Origin: an uncultured Gemmatimonadales bacterium
GTDB taxonomy: Bacteria; Gemmatimonadota; Gemmatimonadetes; Gemmatimonadales; Gemmatimonadaceae
Assembly (NCBI GenBank): GCA_963851265.1
Contig: CAWKNZ010000002.1
Location: 544,001 to 608,000 of the forward strand
DNA length: 64,000 nt
Reading direction: 5' to 3'
Shown here piece by piece: positions 10,594 to 20,191 of this stretch. The notes under the pieces are model-generated. The model was given only the letters and a program-made list of their open reading frames with translations. It searched no databases and had not been told where the DNA came from. The position numbers were made by a program, and so were the translations under genes. How positions within the stretch are numbered: position 1 is the stretch's first letter; every line of letters begins with the position of its first letter.

Positions 10594-10793
10594 CTACGAG
10601 GGGAGCGCGGAGGAACGGCCGCTCGGGCCGTGATATGGACGGTCGTGGACATGGCAATCGGGGCGGAGTGTCGGCGCGGTGCGGCACCGACCGTAGCACC
10701 GGCGCAGCAGCAGCTCGAGGTGTGGCACGGGCCACTCAAGCCGAAACCGTACCCGACCGACACCACAGCGTGCACCAACACAGCCGTCCCACT

Positions 10794-10809
10794 TGCGACG
10801 GCTGTGCCG
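10794..10809 (-). promoter_or_regulatory. Candidate sigma-54 (-24/-12) promoter for the wzc operon
   Basis: Minus strand CGGCAC-AGCCG-TCGCA has GG-N10-GC spacing; intergenic, points at wzc, next to a sigma-54 activator gene. Confidence 0.5.
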
Positions 10810-10961
10810 CATCGCCGGATGCTGGCACCCGGGACGTCGTCGGCCACGTACCCCGTTCGGCGGAAAAAAGTGTCGCCGTCCCGCGAAGTCGAGAGCCGCC
10901 CCGCACCGCAGCACGCCTGCTCCGCGGGCGTACCTCCTCTGTAGGACCCCGCCCCCCTCCC

Positions 10962-12548
10962 ATGTCCGACTCCCGCTTCGCGGTCCCTTCGTCCGACTCG
11001 GCCTCGTCCGCGCCGGCACTCCGAATTTTGGTCGTCGACGACGATCGTACCCTGCGCGAAGGCTGTGCAAACATTCTGCGCCTGGACGGCCACCACGTCG
11101 TGACCTTCGGTCGCGGCGAGGAGGCGATCGACGCGGCGGAGCGTCAGCACTTCGACATCGCGCTCGTCGATCTGTACATGACGCCGATCAGCGGCATGGA
11201 CGTGTTACGTGCGATCGCGGCCACGAGCCGCGACACACTCGTCGTCGTGATGACCGGGAATCCCACGGTCGCGTCGAGCCTCGACGCGCTGCGGGCTGGT
11301 GCGTGGGACTACCTGCCGAAGCCCTTCTCCGCGTCGCACCTGCAGGTCCTCGTCGGGCGGGCGGCGCATGCCGCGCGCGGCGGCCGTGCACCGCGCGAGC
11401 TGCGCATCGAGAGTTCGGCGGCAGGGATGACCGGCTCCGCGGGAGGCGGGGGTGTCGGCGGTCCGGTCGCGCCGGCCGGGCGCGGCCCGTCGGCGGTGTC
11501 CGACGTACCCGGTCCGCGCCCGTCGGGTGACACCGACACGCTGATCGGCGACTCGGCTGCGCTGCGGCAGGCCGTCGCGATGGCGCGGCGGGTCGCGCCG
11601 GCCGATGCGTCGGTGATGATCTTCGGCGAGAGTGGGACGGGGAAGGAGGTGATCGCGCACTTCATCCACCGCCACAGCCGGCGGGCGGGGCGGAAGATGA
11701 TCGCGATCAACTGCGCGGCCATCCCGGGACCGCTGCTCGAGAGCGAGATGTTCGGTCACAAGAAGGGGGCGTTCACCGGCGCCGACCGCGACAAGGCAGG
11801 CCTGCTCGAAACGGCGGACGGCGGAACGCTCTTTCTCGACGAGCTGGGCGAGATGCCGATGCCGCTCCAGGCGAAGCTGCTGCGCGTGCTGCAGGACGGC
11901 GTGGTCCGCCGCGTCGGCAGCGAGCGGCAGGACGCGGTCGTGAACGTGCGGTTCATCGCCGCGACCAACCGCGATCCGCACGAAGCGGTGAAGCAGGGTC
12001 TGCTCCGTGAGGACCTGTTCTACCGCCTCTGCGTCGTGCCAATCAAGTTGCCGCCGCTGCGGCAGCGCCCCGAAGACGTTGCCGCACTCGCCCAGCACTT
12101 CCTCGAGCGCTTCTGGCGCCGTCACCGCCCCGCGGGCTCGGCGCGGCCCACGTTCTCGCCGTCGGCCCTCGCCTTCCTGCAGTCGCGCCCGTGGCGCGGG
12201 AACGTGCGCGAGCTTCAGAACGTGATCGAGCACGTGACGGTGGTCGCCGAAGCGGGGCGCCCGATCGAGCCCGACGACATTCCGCTGTACGAAGAGCATG
12301 CGGCGGTCGACGACGGCCTCGCTGCGGTGCCGACGGGGCTGTACACCGAGGCCTTCCACGCCGCCAAGGAGCAGCTCGTCACGCACTTCGAGCGCGAGTA
12401 CCTGAACCGGTTGTCGACCCGCGCCGCGGGCAACATGTCGCGCGCCGCGCGCCTCGCCGGCGTCGACCGGACAACGCTGTACCGTCTGATGGAGAAGCAC
12501 GGAATGCGGCGCGAGGACGCGCCGCTCATCACGGCCGTCGGAGCCTGA
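10962..12548 (+). CDS. Sigma-54-dependent response regulator (NtrC/AtoC family)
   Basis: Receiver (ILVVDDD, VDLYM, YLPKPF), AAA+ [28 protein letters not shown]-terminal Fis-type HTH. Confidence 0.95.
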   Translation: MSDSRFAVPSSDSASSAPALRILVVDDDRTLREGCANILRLDGHHVVTFGRGEEAIDAAERQHFDIALVDLYMTPISGMDVLRAIAATSRDTLVVVMTGNPTVASSLDALRAGAWDYLPKPFSASHLQVLVGRAAHAARGGRAPRELRIESSAAGMTGSAGGGGVGGPVAPAGRGPSAVSDVPGPRPSGDTDTLIGDSAALRQAVAMARRVAPADASVMIFGESGTGKEVIAHFIHRHSRRAGRKMIAINCAAIPGPLLESEMFGHKKGAFTGADRDKAGLLETADGGTLFLDELGEMPMPLQAKLLRVLQDGVVRRVGSERQDAVVNVRFIAATNRDPHEAVKQGLLREDLFYRLCVVPIKLPPLRQRPEDVAALAQHFLERFWRRHRPAGSARPTFSPSALAFLQSRPWRGNVRELQNVIEHVTVVAEAGRPIEPDDIPLYEEHAAVDDGLAAVPTGLYTEAFHAAKEQLVTHFEREYLNRLSTRAAGNMSRAARLAGVDRTTLYRLMEKHGMRREDAPLITAVGA

Positions 12549-12556
12549 GGCGCCAC

Positions 12557-13747
12557 GTGCGACGTACCCCAACGGGGCTCCGGCTCGTGCGTGGAGGAGG
12601 CGCCGACGAGGCGGCGGAACCGGCGCCGCACCCACTGACGACGCGCGGCGCGCAGCTTCTCGCGCCCCGCGGCTCGGCGAGCGGCGCGCCGCACGTCTGG
12701 GAGGAACTCGATCGCGCCGCCGCGTGGGTAAGTGACCACTGGACGGGCGACGCGCGTGAGGAGGTGCGCCACGCCTTGCGCGTGCTCTGCATCGCCCTCC
12801 GGAACGCCCCACATGATCCGGGCCCCGGCGGTGATCACGCACTCGGCGTGAGCGATCTGCCGTGGCGGGTGCCGGTGGCCGAGCTCGCCTGTCGTCTGCG
12901 GCGTCGGCTGGTCGAGCAGCTTCGCAGCGATGCTCTCCCGCTCGGCGCGGACGGTTCGGAGATCGCGCTCGGAATCGTCGCGACGCTCGACCGCGTCGAA
13001 TCGTCGGCCCGCGCCGACGGCGCGCGCTCAATCATGGATCAGCTCGGTGGGACGCACGCGCTCGAGTTGCTCGTCGAGGTTGCGCACGACATGCGCTCGC
13101 CCCTCGGCTCGATCCTGTTTCTCGTCGAGCGCTTGCGCGACGCGGGCGGGTTGGACGGGCCGCAAGCGCGACAGCTCGGGCTCGTGTACGGCGCCGCGTT
13201 CGGGCTCAGCACGGTCGTGAGCGACGTGATGGAGCTGGCCCGCGGGGGCGACCGGCTCGCCAGTGGCGCGAGCGCGGCTTTCGACGTCGGAGTGATCGTC
13301 GAGGACGTCCGGGCGATCGTCGCGCCGATCGCCGAGGAACGCGGGGTCGGGCTCGACGTGGTCGTCGGGGTGACGGGTCCGCGCGTGGGGCGCGCGACGG
13401 GGCTACAGCGCGTGCTCCTCAACCTCGTCACCAACGCGTTGAAATTCACGCCTGCCGGGACGGTGCAGGTCACCGTGCAGCCGGCGCCTGCCGAGCACGG
13501 GGCCGAGCGGGTGACGTTCACGGTCGCGGACTCGGGGCGCGGGATTCCGCCGAACGTGCTCGAGCAGCTGTTCCAGACGTTCCGCCGCGGGCCGGACATG
13601 CGGAGCCATGCGTTCTCGAGTGCGGGGCTCGGACTCGCAATCTGTCAGAAGCTGGTCGCTACGATGGGCGGCGAGCTTCAGGTGGAGTCGGCGATCGGAG
13701 AAGGCACGCAGTTCCGGTTCACGCTGGAGCTGCCCCGAGCTGGCTAG
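12557..13747 (+). CDS. Sensor histidine kinase, apparently cytoplasmic
   Basis: H-box VAHDMRSPL, N-box NLVTNALKF, DSGRGI, GLGLAI; no obvious TM helix; GTG 8 nt after the regulator stop. Confidence 0.88.
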   Translation: MRRTPTGLRLVRGGGADEAAEPAPHPLTTRGAQLLAPRGSASGAPHVWEELDRAAAWVSDHWTGDAREEVRHALRVLCIALRNAPHDPGPGGDHALGVSDLPWRVPVAELACRLRRRLVEQLRSDALPLGADGSEIALGIVATLDRVESSARADGARSIMDQLGGTHALELLVEVAHDMRSPLGSILFLVERLRDAGGLDGPQARQLGLVYGAAFGLSTVVSDVMELARGGDRLASGASAAFDVGVIVEDVRAIVAPIAEERGVGLDVVVGVTGPRVGRATGLQRVLLNLVTNALKFTPAGTVQVTVQPAPAEHGAERVTFTVADSGRGIPPNVLEQLFQTFRRGPDMRSHAFSSAGLGLAICQKLVATMGGELQVESAIGEGTQFRFTLELPRAG

Positions 13748-13943
13748 CGGCGGTCGCTCGCGGCCGTGAGAGGAGGCCGTGAGTGGAGCCGGTCTTGTGG
13801 GCACGATGCTGGGCACCACCCCGGACTACCCGATCACGGTCCGGCTCGCCATTGTATGGCGGGAGCGGCGCCCGTGTCGCCGCAGGGCAGTGCGCGGGAG
13901 CGAGGCCGGCGCAGTGTGTAGCTCCCTCCTCGCGGGATCGAGC

Positions 13944-15212
13944 GTGTCAGCTACTGTCGTGCGGCCTCGCGCAGGTGCCCGTGCGTCTGAGCGCGGGCCT
14001 GCGCGGTCAGCCGACGCCCAAGTGGAGGCCGCGAACCGTCCGGCGCGCCGTGATCTCGCGCTCGACGGACTGCGGGGACTCGCCGCACTGTCCGTCGTGA
14101 TCCACCACGCCGTGCTTGCGCTACCGTGGAGCGGGGCGGCGATCTACGATCCCGCCGGGCGCTGGTCGTCGATCCCCGGAATCGGGCCACTGAACGTGGT
14201 GTGGGCGGGGCACGAAGCCGTGCTGCTGTTCTTCGTTCTGAGTGCGTTCGTGCTCGTCGTGCGGTACGGAGTGGCCCGCCGACGGGAGTACTGGGCGTAC
14301 GTCGCACAGCGCGTCCCGCGGCTGTACGTGCCGTATGCCGTGGCGGTCGGACTCTCGTGTGCGCTGCTCACGCTGTGGCACCCGCCGCGAGCGGCGGGCG
14401 TGAGCGCATGGTTCGGCGCGATGTGGTCCGATCCGGTCACGCCGTCCATGTTGTTCGACTTGGCAGTGATGCAAGCTGGCGCCGCTCACAACGTCGACAC
14501 CTCCACATGGAGCCTCGGCGTCGAAATGCGGTTCTCGCTGTTGCTGCCGCTGTTCGCGGCGGCGGCCGTTCGGCTTCCGCTCTGGCGCGGTATCGCCGGC
14601 GCGGTCGTGCTCGCCGGCGCGGTGCACTTTGCCACGGCACGTTGGGCGTGGACGAGCAGCGGGCTGTATTACGCCCCGGTCTTCCTCGCCGGTGCGATCC
14701 TGGCGACGCACCGAGATCGTGTCACGGCCGACGCCGCTCGCCTGTCCCGTGCGGCGGCCGCCGCGCTGCTCGTTGTCGCGCTCGTCTGTTACACGTGGCG
14801 TTGGGAGATCACCGCGTGGTGGCCGTACGTCGCGCGAGCGGTCGCGGGAGGCGCGCACCGCGGGTCGCCGCCCCGGCTTCTCGTAGCGACGCTCGCCGAC
14901 GTCGTTCCGGTGATCGGGAGCATGGGACTGATCGTGCTCGCCATCGGAAACGGCCTCGTACGGCACACGCTCGAGCGGCCATGGGCGGAGTGGCTCGGGC
15001 GCATCTCCTTCAGCCTCTACCTCGTGCATCCCCTGGTCCTGCTGACCGTCGTGCATGGGTTGAACGGGCTGGTGTCTCCAACGGCGGCCGTCGTGCTTGC
15101 CGTCCTGGCTTCGTTCCCGGCCGCCGTGGTCGCGTACCACGCGATCGAGCTCCCGAGCCATCGTCTCGCACGCGCTGCGGGTCGCTGGGCCGCGCGTAGG
15201 GTCACGCCGTGA
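13944..15212 (+). CDS. Acyltransferase family 3 (OafA-like membrane O-acyltransferase)
   Basis: LDGLRGLAALSVVIHH, VLLFFVLSAF, WSLGVEMRFS, LGRISFSLYLVH, YHAIELP; start uncertain (13779, 13944 or 14022). Confidence 0.92.
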   Translation: MSATVVRPRAGARASERGPARSADAQVEAANRPARRDLALDGLRGLAALSVVIHHAVLALPWSGAAIYDPAGRWSSIPGIGPLNVVWAGHEAVLLFFVLSAFVLVVRYGVARRREYWAYVAQRVPRLYVPYAVAVGLSCALLTLWHPPRAAGVSAWFGAMWSDPVTPSMLFDLAVMQAGAAHNVDTSTWSLGVEMRFSLLLPLFAAAAVRLPLWRGIAGAVVLAGAVHFATARWAWTSSGLYYAPVFLAGAILATHRDRVTADAARLSRAAAAALLVVALVCYTWRWEITAWWPYVARAVAGGAHRGSPPRLLVATLADVVPVIGSMGLIVLAIGNGLVRHTLERPWAEWLGRISFSLYLVHPLVLLTVVHGLNGLVSPTAAVVLAVLASFPAAVVAYHAIELPSHRLARAAGRWAARRVTP

Positions 15213-15293
15213 GCCGTACCTGGTGGAAAGCAGTGCTCGCGGTGCGCGGCGAACCCGGCACGGTCCAGGGCATGGCTGCGTACATTTTCTTGC

Positions 15294-15839
15294 ATGATGC
15301 GTCAGCGAAACATCCCGGCCGACTCGCGTCCCGAGCGCTCGGTGGCGCACCCCGGCTACTGGCTCGTCAAGTCCGAGCCGACCTCGTTCAGCTTCGACGA
15401 CCTTCTCGCGGCGCCAGCTCGAACGACTCTGTGGGACGGCGTCCGTAACTATCAGGCGCGCAACTACATGCGTGACGGCATGCGTCCGGGCGACGGCGTG
15501 CTGTTCTACCACTCGAACACGCACCCGGTGGGTGTGGCCGGTTTGGCGGAGGTCGCGTCGACCGCGCGGCCCGACCCGACCGCGTTCGACCCCGCGCACG
15601 CCGCGTACGACGCGAAGAGTCGCCCCGAGGCGCCGACGTGGGTGGGGGTAGAGATCCGCGGCGTCGAGCGATTCGCGGAGGTGGTGCCGCTCGCGGCCCT
15701 GCATGCGGACCCGGCGTGCTCGAGCTTGCAGGCGTTGCGGCGCGGCAACCGGTTGAGTGTGACGCCGGTTTCCGAATCGGAGTGGAACGCGGTGTGCCGC
15801 CTTGGACGTCGCGGCGCCGCCGGTTCGGGCCGTGCATAG
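15294..15839 (+). CDS. EVE domain-containing protein
   Basis: YWLVKSEP, WDGVRNYQARN, GDGVLFYHS, RLSVTPV. Confidence 0.93.
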   Translation: MMRQRNIPADSRPERSVAHPGYWLVKSEPTSFSFDDLLAAPARTTLWDGVRNYQARNYMRDGMRPGDGVLFYHSNTHPVGVAGLAEVASTARPDPTAFDPAHAAYDAKSRPEAPTWVGVEIRGVERFAEVVPLAALHADPACSSLQALRRGNRLSVTPVSESEWNAVCRLGRRGAAGSGRA

Positions 15840-15900
15840 CTTAGACGGTCCGGAATTCAGCGCTGCGCATCCGGGCGCGCACTCCCAACGAGAGAACGGC

Positions 15901-17301
15901 ATGAGCCAGACGGATACGACCACGACGGCGGCGGGCGGCGCTTCCTCTTCGACGAACGGCACCCCGGGGGCGCTGGAACTGCGCGACCCGCGCACGGATC
16001 AGCAGGTCTCGTTGACGCTGCTCCCGCGAGGGACGGAGGGCGACGAGGCGGTGCGCGCGTCGGACCTGCGCAACGTGAAGCTCGCGGCGGGCGACTTCGG
16101 CGTGATGAGCTACGACCCGGCATTCATGAACACGGCGTCGTGCAAGAGCGCGATCACGTTCATCGACGGCGACCAGGGAATCCTGCGCTACCGCGGGTAT
16201 CCGATCGAGCAGCTGGCCGAGAGTTCGACGTTCCTCGAGGTCGCGTACCTGCTGCGGAACGGCGAGCTACCGGATCAGGGCGAGTATCAGAAGTGGACGC
16301 ACGACATCACGTACCACACGTACGTCCACGAGAACATCAAGCGTTTCCTGGAAGGCTTCCGCCACGACGCGCACCCGATGGCGATGCTGTGCAGCGCGGT
16401 GGCGGCGCTGTCGTCGTTCTACCCGGAAGCGAAGAACATCTTCGACCCGGAGGAGCGCTACCGCTCGATCATCCGCCTACTGGCGAAGTTGCCGACCGTG
16501 GCCGCGATGATCTACCGGCACATGAAGGGCATGCCGGTCGTGTATCCCGACAACTCGCTCAACTACACGGAGAACTACCTGTCGATGGTGGCGCGGATGA
16601 GCGAGCCGCGCTACGAGGCGAACCCGGTGTTCTCGCGCGCGCTGGAGGTGCTGTTCATCCTCCACGCGGACCACGAGCAGAACTGCTCGACCAGCGCGGT
16701 GCGGGCCGTGGGTTCGTCGCACGTCGATCCTTTCTCGGCGGTCGCGGCTGGGATCGCGGCGCTGTACGGGCCGCTCCACGGCGGGGCGAACGAGGCGGTG
16801 CTGCGGATGATCGAGGAGATCGGGCATCCGAAGAACGTGCCCGCCTTCATCGACGACGTGAAGAGCGGGAAGGGAAGCCGCCTCATGGGCTTCGGGCACC
16901 GGGTGTACAAGAGCTACGACCCGCGGGCGCGCATCGTGAAGGGGCTGGCGGACGAGGTGTTCGCGCAGGTCGGGATGGACAAGGACCTGGAGATCGCCCT
17001 GGAGCTGGAGCGGGTGGCGCTGAGCGACGATTATTTCGTGTCGCGTAAGCTCTATCCGAACGTGGACTTCTACACCGGGCTGATCTACCGCTCGATGGCG
17101 TTTCCGACGTCGTACTTCACGGTGCTGTTCGCCGTCGCGCGCGCGGCGGGGTGGCTGGCGCAGTGGGAGGAAATGCTGCTCGACAAGGAGCAGAAGATCG
17201 CGCGGCCGCGGCAGATCTACGTGGGGCCGGCAGAGCGCAATTACGAGACGCGGCTGACGGACAAGTTCCCGGCGGCGCGGAAGGATTCGATCCGGAAGTG
17301 A
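15901..17301 (+). CDS. gltA: Citrate synthase
   Basis: YDPAFMNTASCKSAITFIDG, LHADHEQNCST, GPLHGGANE, GFGHRVYK, YPNVDFY, RPRQIY. Confidence 0.97.
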   Translation: MSQTDTTTTAAGGASSSTNGTPGALELRDPRTDQQVSLTLLPRGTEGDEAVRASDLRNVKLAAGDFGVMSYDPAFMNTASCKSAITFIDGDQGILRYRGYPIEQLAESSTFLEVAYLLRNGELPDQGEYQKWTHDITYHTYVHENIKRFLEGFRHDAHPMAMLCSAVAALSSFYPEAKNIFDPEERYRSIIRLLAKLPTVAAMIYRHMKGMPVVYPDNSLNYTENYLSMVARMSEPRYEANPVFSRALEVLFILHADHEQNCSTSAVRAVGSSHVDPFSAVAAGIAALYGPLHGGANEAVLRMIEEIGHPKNVPAFIDDVKSGKGSRLMGFGHRVYKSYDPRARIVKGLADEVFAQVGMDKDLEIALELERVALSDDYFVSRKLYPNVDFYTGLIYRSMAFPTSYFTVLFAVARAAGWLAQWEEMLLDKEQKIARPRQIYVGPAERNYETRLTDKFPAARKDSIRK

Positions 17302-17332
17302 CGGCGTCAGGTTTCGACCGTCCGTTTCGCGG

Positions 17333-18091
17333 ATGAACATTCGCCGCCGCGTCGCCCTCTCGAACCACCCGCTCGGGGTCGCCGCCCGCCGCGCGTACCG
17401 GTCGTCGCTGAAAGTGCACGTTCCGGTACCGCGGCTGCTCGGCCGCGCGCTGCGCGTCGTCCACCATTCGGTGCGCGGCACGTACTACGGGGCGTACCGC
17501 CTTTTCGTGTGCGAGCCGCTCCTGCGCGCTGCCTCGACGTCGTACGGCCGGAACCTGCGGGGTGGAACGTTCATCCCGTGGGTGGTGGGCGGGGGCGACC
17601 TCGTGTTCGGCGACGACTGCGTGGTCGTCGGGAAGCTGAACGTGTGGTTCGCCACGCGTTTCTCGGACCGCCCAACGTTGACGATCGGTAACCGCACCGG
17701 GATCGGTCACGATTGCGCGTTCACCGTGGCGAAAGGGATCACGATCGGCGATGATTGCCACATCGCCGGCGGGACGCGGATGTTCGATTCGAGCGGGCAC
17801 CCGCTCGACCCGGAACGCCGACGTCTCGGCGAGCCGCCCGACGACGCCGACGTGAAGCCGATCACGATTGGCAACAACGTGTGGATCGGAGCGTACTCCA
17901 CGGTTTTTCCGGGCGTGACGATCGGCGAGAACAGCGTCGTCGCGACCGGGTCGGTGGTCACGGGCGACGTGCCGCCCAACACGCTCGTGGCCGGGTACCC
18001 GGCTCGACAGATCAAGAAGCTCGACGCCGCGGCGCCGCCCGCGACACCGTCATCGACGCGCCCGCACGTGGGCAGCCTGACACCCGCCTAA
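17333..18091 (+). CDS. Hexapeptide-repeat (LbH) acyltransferase, copy 1
   Basis: ITIGDDCHIAGG, DSSGHPLD, IGNNVWIG, PGVTIGENSVVATGSVVTGDVP, AGYPAR (MAT/GAT-like). Confidence 0.9.
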   Translation: MNIRRRVALSNHPLGVAARRAYRSSLKVHVPVPRLLGRALRVVHHSVRGTYYGAYRLFVCEPLLRAASTSYGRNLRGGTFIPWVVGGGDLVFGDDCVVVGKLNVWFATRFSDRPTLTIGNRTGIGHDCAFTVAKGITIGDDCHIAGGTRMFDSSGHPLDPERRRLGEPPDDADVKPITIGNNVWIGAYSTVFPGVTIGENSVVATGSVVTGDVPPNTLVAGYPARQIKKLDAAAPPATPSSTRPHVGSLTPA

Positions 18092-18105
18092 CCAGGCAAC
18101 CACAA

Positions 18106-18336
18106 ATGGAATCAGAAATCGATCGCATCGTCGCAATCGTCAAGCGAGTCGGCGAGATCGACGCGCTGGCGCCCGACCAGGATTTCTACCGCGCCGGTGT
18201 CGACTCGATGAAGGCGATGGACGTAATGCTCGACCTCGAGACGGAGTTTGGCGTCGCCGTGCCGGACGACAAGTTCGTCAAGGCGCGCACGCCCGAAGCG
18301 CTGCTGGCCCTCGTGCACGAGTTGCAGGCCGCCTGA
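18106..18336 (+). CDS. Acyl carrier protein (76 aa)
   Basis: Small acidic protein with GVDSM phosphopantetheine motif and LETEFGV. Confidence 0.9.
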   Translation: MESEIDRIVAIVKRVGEIDALAPDQDFYRAGVDSMKAMDVMLDLETEFGVAVPDDKFVKARTPEALLALVHELQAA

Positions 18337-18383
18337 CACCGTGCGGCGTCCCGCCACGCCGCGCAGCGCCTGCTCTGCTCCGC

Positions 18384-19154
18384 ATGATCAATCTTCGACG
18401 CGCGATCGCTCTGGGCGAGACGCCACTGACGCGCTCAGCGCGGCGTCTGTATCGGGGGTTCCGGCGGTTCCACCTTCCTGTTCCGCGCGCGATCGGCCGT
18501 CCGCTGTTTCTTACCTTCCGAGCACTCCGCGGTGCGTACTACGGGGGGTACCGGCTGCTCGTGTGCGAGCCGCTTTTCAAGGCCGCGTGCAGGTCGTACG
18601 GGCGGAACGTGCAGACGGGCGTATTCGTGCACTTCGTGCTTGGTGACGGCGACATCGTCGTTGGCAGCGATACGCTGGTCGACGGAAAGAGCAGTTTCGT
18701 GTTCGGCGCACGTTTCGCCGAACGGCCGACGCTATCGATCGGAGCGCGCACGTACGTTGGACACGATTGCACGTTTTCGACGTCCAAACAGATCAGCATT
18801 GGCGACGATTGCTACATCGCTTCGGGTTGCCACTTTCTCGACTCGCCGGGTCATCCGCTGGACCCCGGCCGCCGGCTCGCGCATCTACCACCTGATCCTG
18901 AGCAGGTCCGAGAGGTCGCAGTCGGCAACAACGTGTGGATCGGAACGCAGGCCATGATCATGCCGGGGGTGACGATCGGCGAGGGAAGTGTCGTCGCGGC
19001 CCGCGCGGTCGTGACTTCTGACGTTCCGGCGTACACGCTCGTCGGCGGCGTGCCGGCGCGTGCGCTGAAAACGCTCGCCCCTATCGACGAGTCTCGGGCG
19101 CCGGCCAACGCGCCGTCCGCGGGACGCGATCAGGCGCACGCTCACATCGCATAA
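18384..19154 (+). CDS. Hexapeptide-repeat (LbH) acyltransferase, copy 2
   Basis: Clear paralog of 17333..18091 (YYGGYRLLVCEPL vs YYGAYRLFVCEPL; DSPGHPLDP; NNVWIG). Confidence 0.9.
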   Translation: MINLRRAIALGETPLTRSARRLYRGFRRFHLPVPRAIGRPLFLTFRALRGAYYGGYRLLVCEPLFKAACRSYGRNVQTGVFVHFVLGDGDIVVGSDTLVDGKSSFVFGARFAERPTLSIGARTYVGHDCTFSTSKQISIGDDCYIASGCHFLDSPGHPLDPGRRLAHLPPDPEQVREVAVGNNVWIGTQAMIMPGVTIGEGSVVAARAVVTSDVPAYTLVGGVPARALKTLAPIDESRAPANAPSAGRDQAHAHIA

Positions 19155-19168
19155 GTAGAGGGCGGATT

Positions 19169-20191
19169 ATGGACGCGTTCGTTACCGCGCTGACGTACGT
19201 GCTCCCGGAGAAGGTGGTCACCAACGACGACCTTCAGGCGGAGAACACGGATTGGGACATGGCGCGCATCGGCGGCAAGGTCGGCATCACGAGGCGACAC
19301 ATCGCGGCCGAGGACGAGACGTCGTCAGATCTCGCGTACGAAGCCGGCCGCAAGCTGCTCGACGCGACCGGGATCGATCGGGCGAGTATCGACTGCCTGA
19401 TCTTCTGCACGCAAACGCCCGACCACGTGTTGCCGACAAGCGCGTGCATCCTCCAACAGAGACTCGGGCTGGGTACGCACGTCGCGGCGTTCGATTTCAA
19501 CCAGGGTTGTTCGGGCTACATCTACGGGCTCGGGATCGCGAAGGCGTTCATCGCGGCGGGGATGGCGAAGCGCGTCCTGTTTCTGACGGGCGAGACGTAC
19601 TCGAAACTCGTTCACCCGCGCGACCGGACCGTGCGCGTGCTGTTCGGCGACGCGGGGTCGGCGACGCTCATCACCGCCGAACCCGGCGGTGCGCGCATCG
19701 GGGCCGTACGTCTCGGGTCCGACGGCAGCGGGGCGGAGAATCTGATGGTTCGCGCTGGCGGCTTCAGGCGCGCGCGCACGGCGGCGACGAGCGTCGAAAC
19801 GACGGACGAGATCGGGTGCACGCGCACTGACGAGCACCTATTCATGGACGGCCAGGCGATCACCGTGTTCGCGCTGCAGCGCGTCCCGCTACTGATCGAC
19901 GAGACGCTCAAGGAGGCGGGACTCGCTCCGGACGCGGTCGACCATTTCGTGTTTCACCAGGCGAACGCGTTCATGAACGAGCGCCTACGAACGCGACTGA
20001 AAGTGCCTGCCGAGAAGGTGCCGACTTTCATGGAGTCGGTCGGCAACACGGTCGTGAACACGATCCCGATCGTTCTGCGCGAGTCGGGCGCACGATTCAC
20101 GGCTGGTCAGCGCGTTCTCGCCGTGGGTTTCGGCGTCGGCTATTCGTGGGGTGCGGCGGTGTTGGACTGGGGCGACGTCCAGCTGGTGTAG
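19169..20191 (+). CDS. 3-oxoacyl-ACP synthase III-like (FabH family)
   Basis: Cys-His-Asn triad in QGCSG, FHQAN, VGNT; LFGDAG; GFGVGYSWG. Confidence 0.93.
   Translation: MDAFVTALTYVLPEKVVTNDDLQAENTDWDMARIGGKVGITRRHIAAEDETSSDLAYEAGRKLLDATGIDRASIDCLIFCTQTPDHVLPTSACILQQRLGLGTHVAAFDFNQGCSGYIYGLGIAKAFIAAGMAKRVLFLTGETYSKLVHPRDRTVRVLFGDAGSATLITAEPGGARIGAVRLGSDGSGAENLMVRAGGFRRARTAATSVETTDEIGCTRTDEHLFMDGQAITVFALQRVPLLIDETLKEAGLAPDAVDHFVFHQANAFMNERLRTRLKVPAEKVPTFMESVGNTVVNTIPIVLRESGARFTAGQRVLAVGFGVGYSWGAAVLDWGDVQLV

Noticed and set aside
10578..10780. Cys-rich leader peptide or ops element in the wzc leader
   Set aside because: No convincing RBS or coding pattern, and no GGCGGTAG ops core found.
15901..17301. 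Citrate synthase as a specialised alkylcitrate synthase for the ACP cassette
   Set aside because: Sequence and strongly biased codon usage match an ordinary housekeeping GltA.
18086..18250. Possible integron attC site (GCCTAAC overlapping a stop codon)
   Set aside because: No complementary GTTAGGC end or palindromic body seen in the following 150 nt, the ACP gene starts 14 nt later, and there is no integrase in the window.
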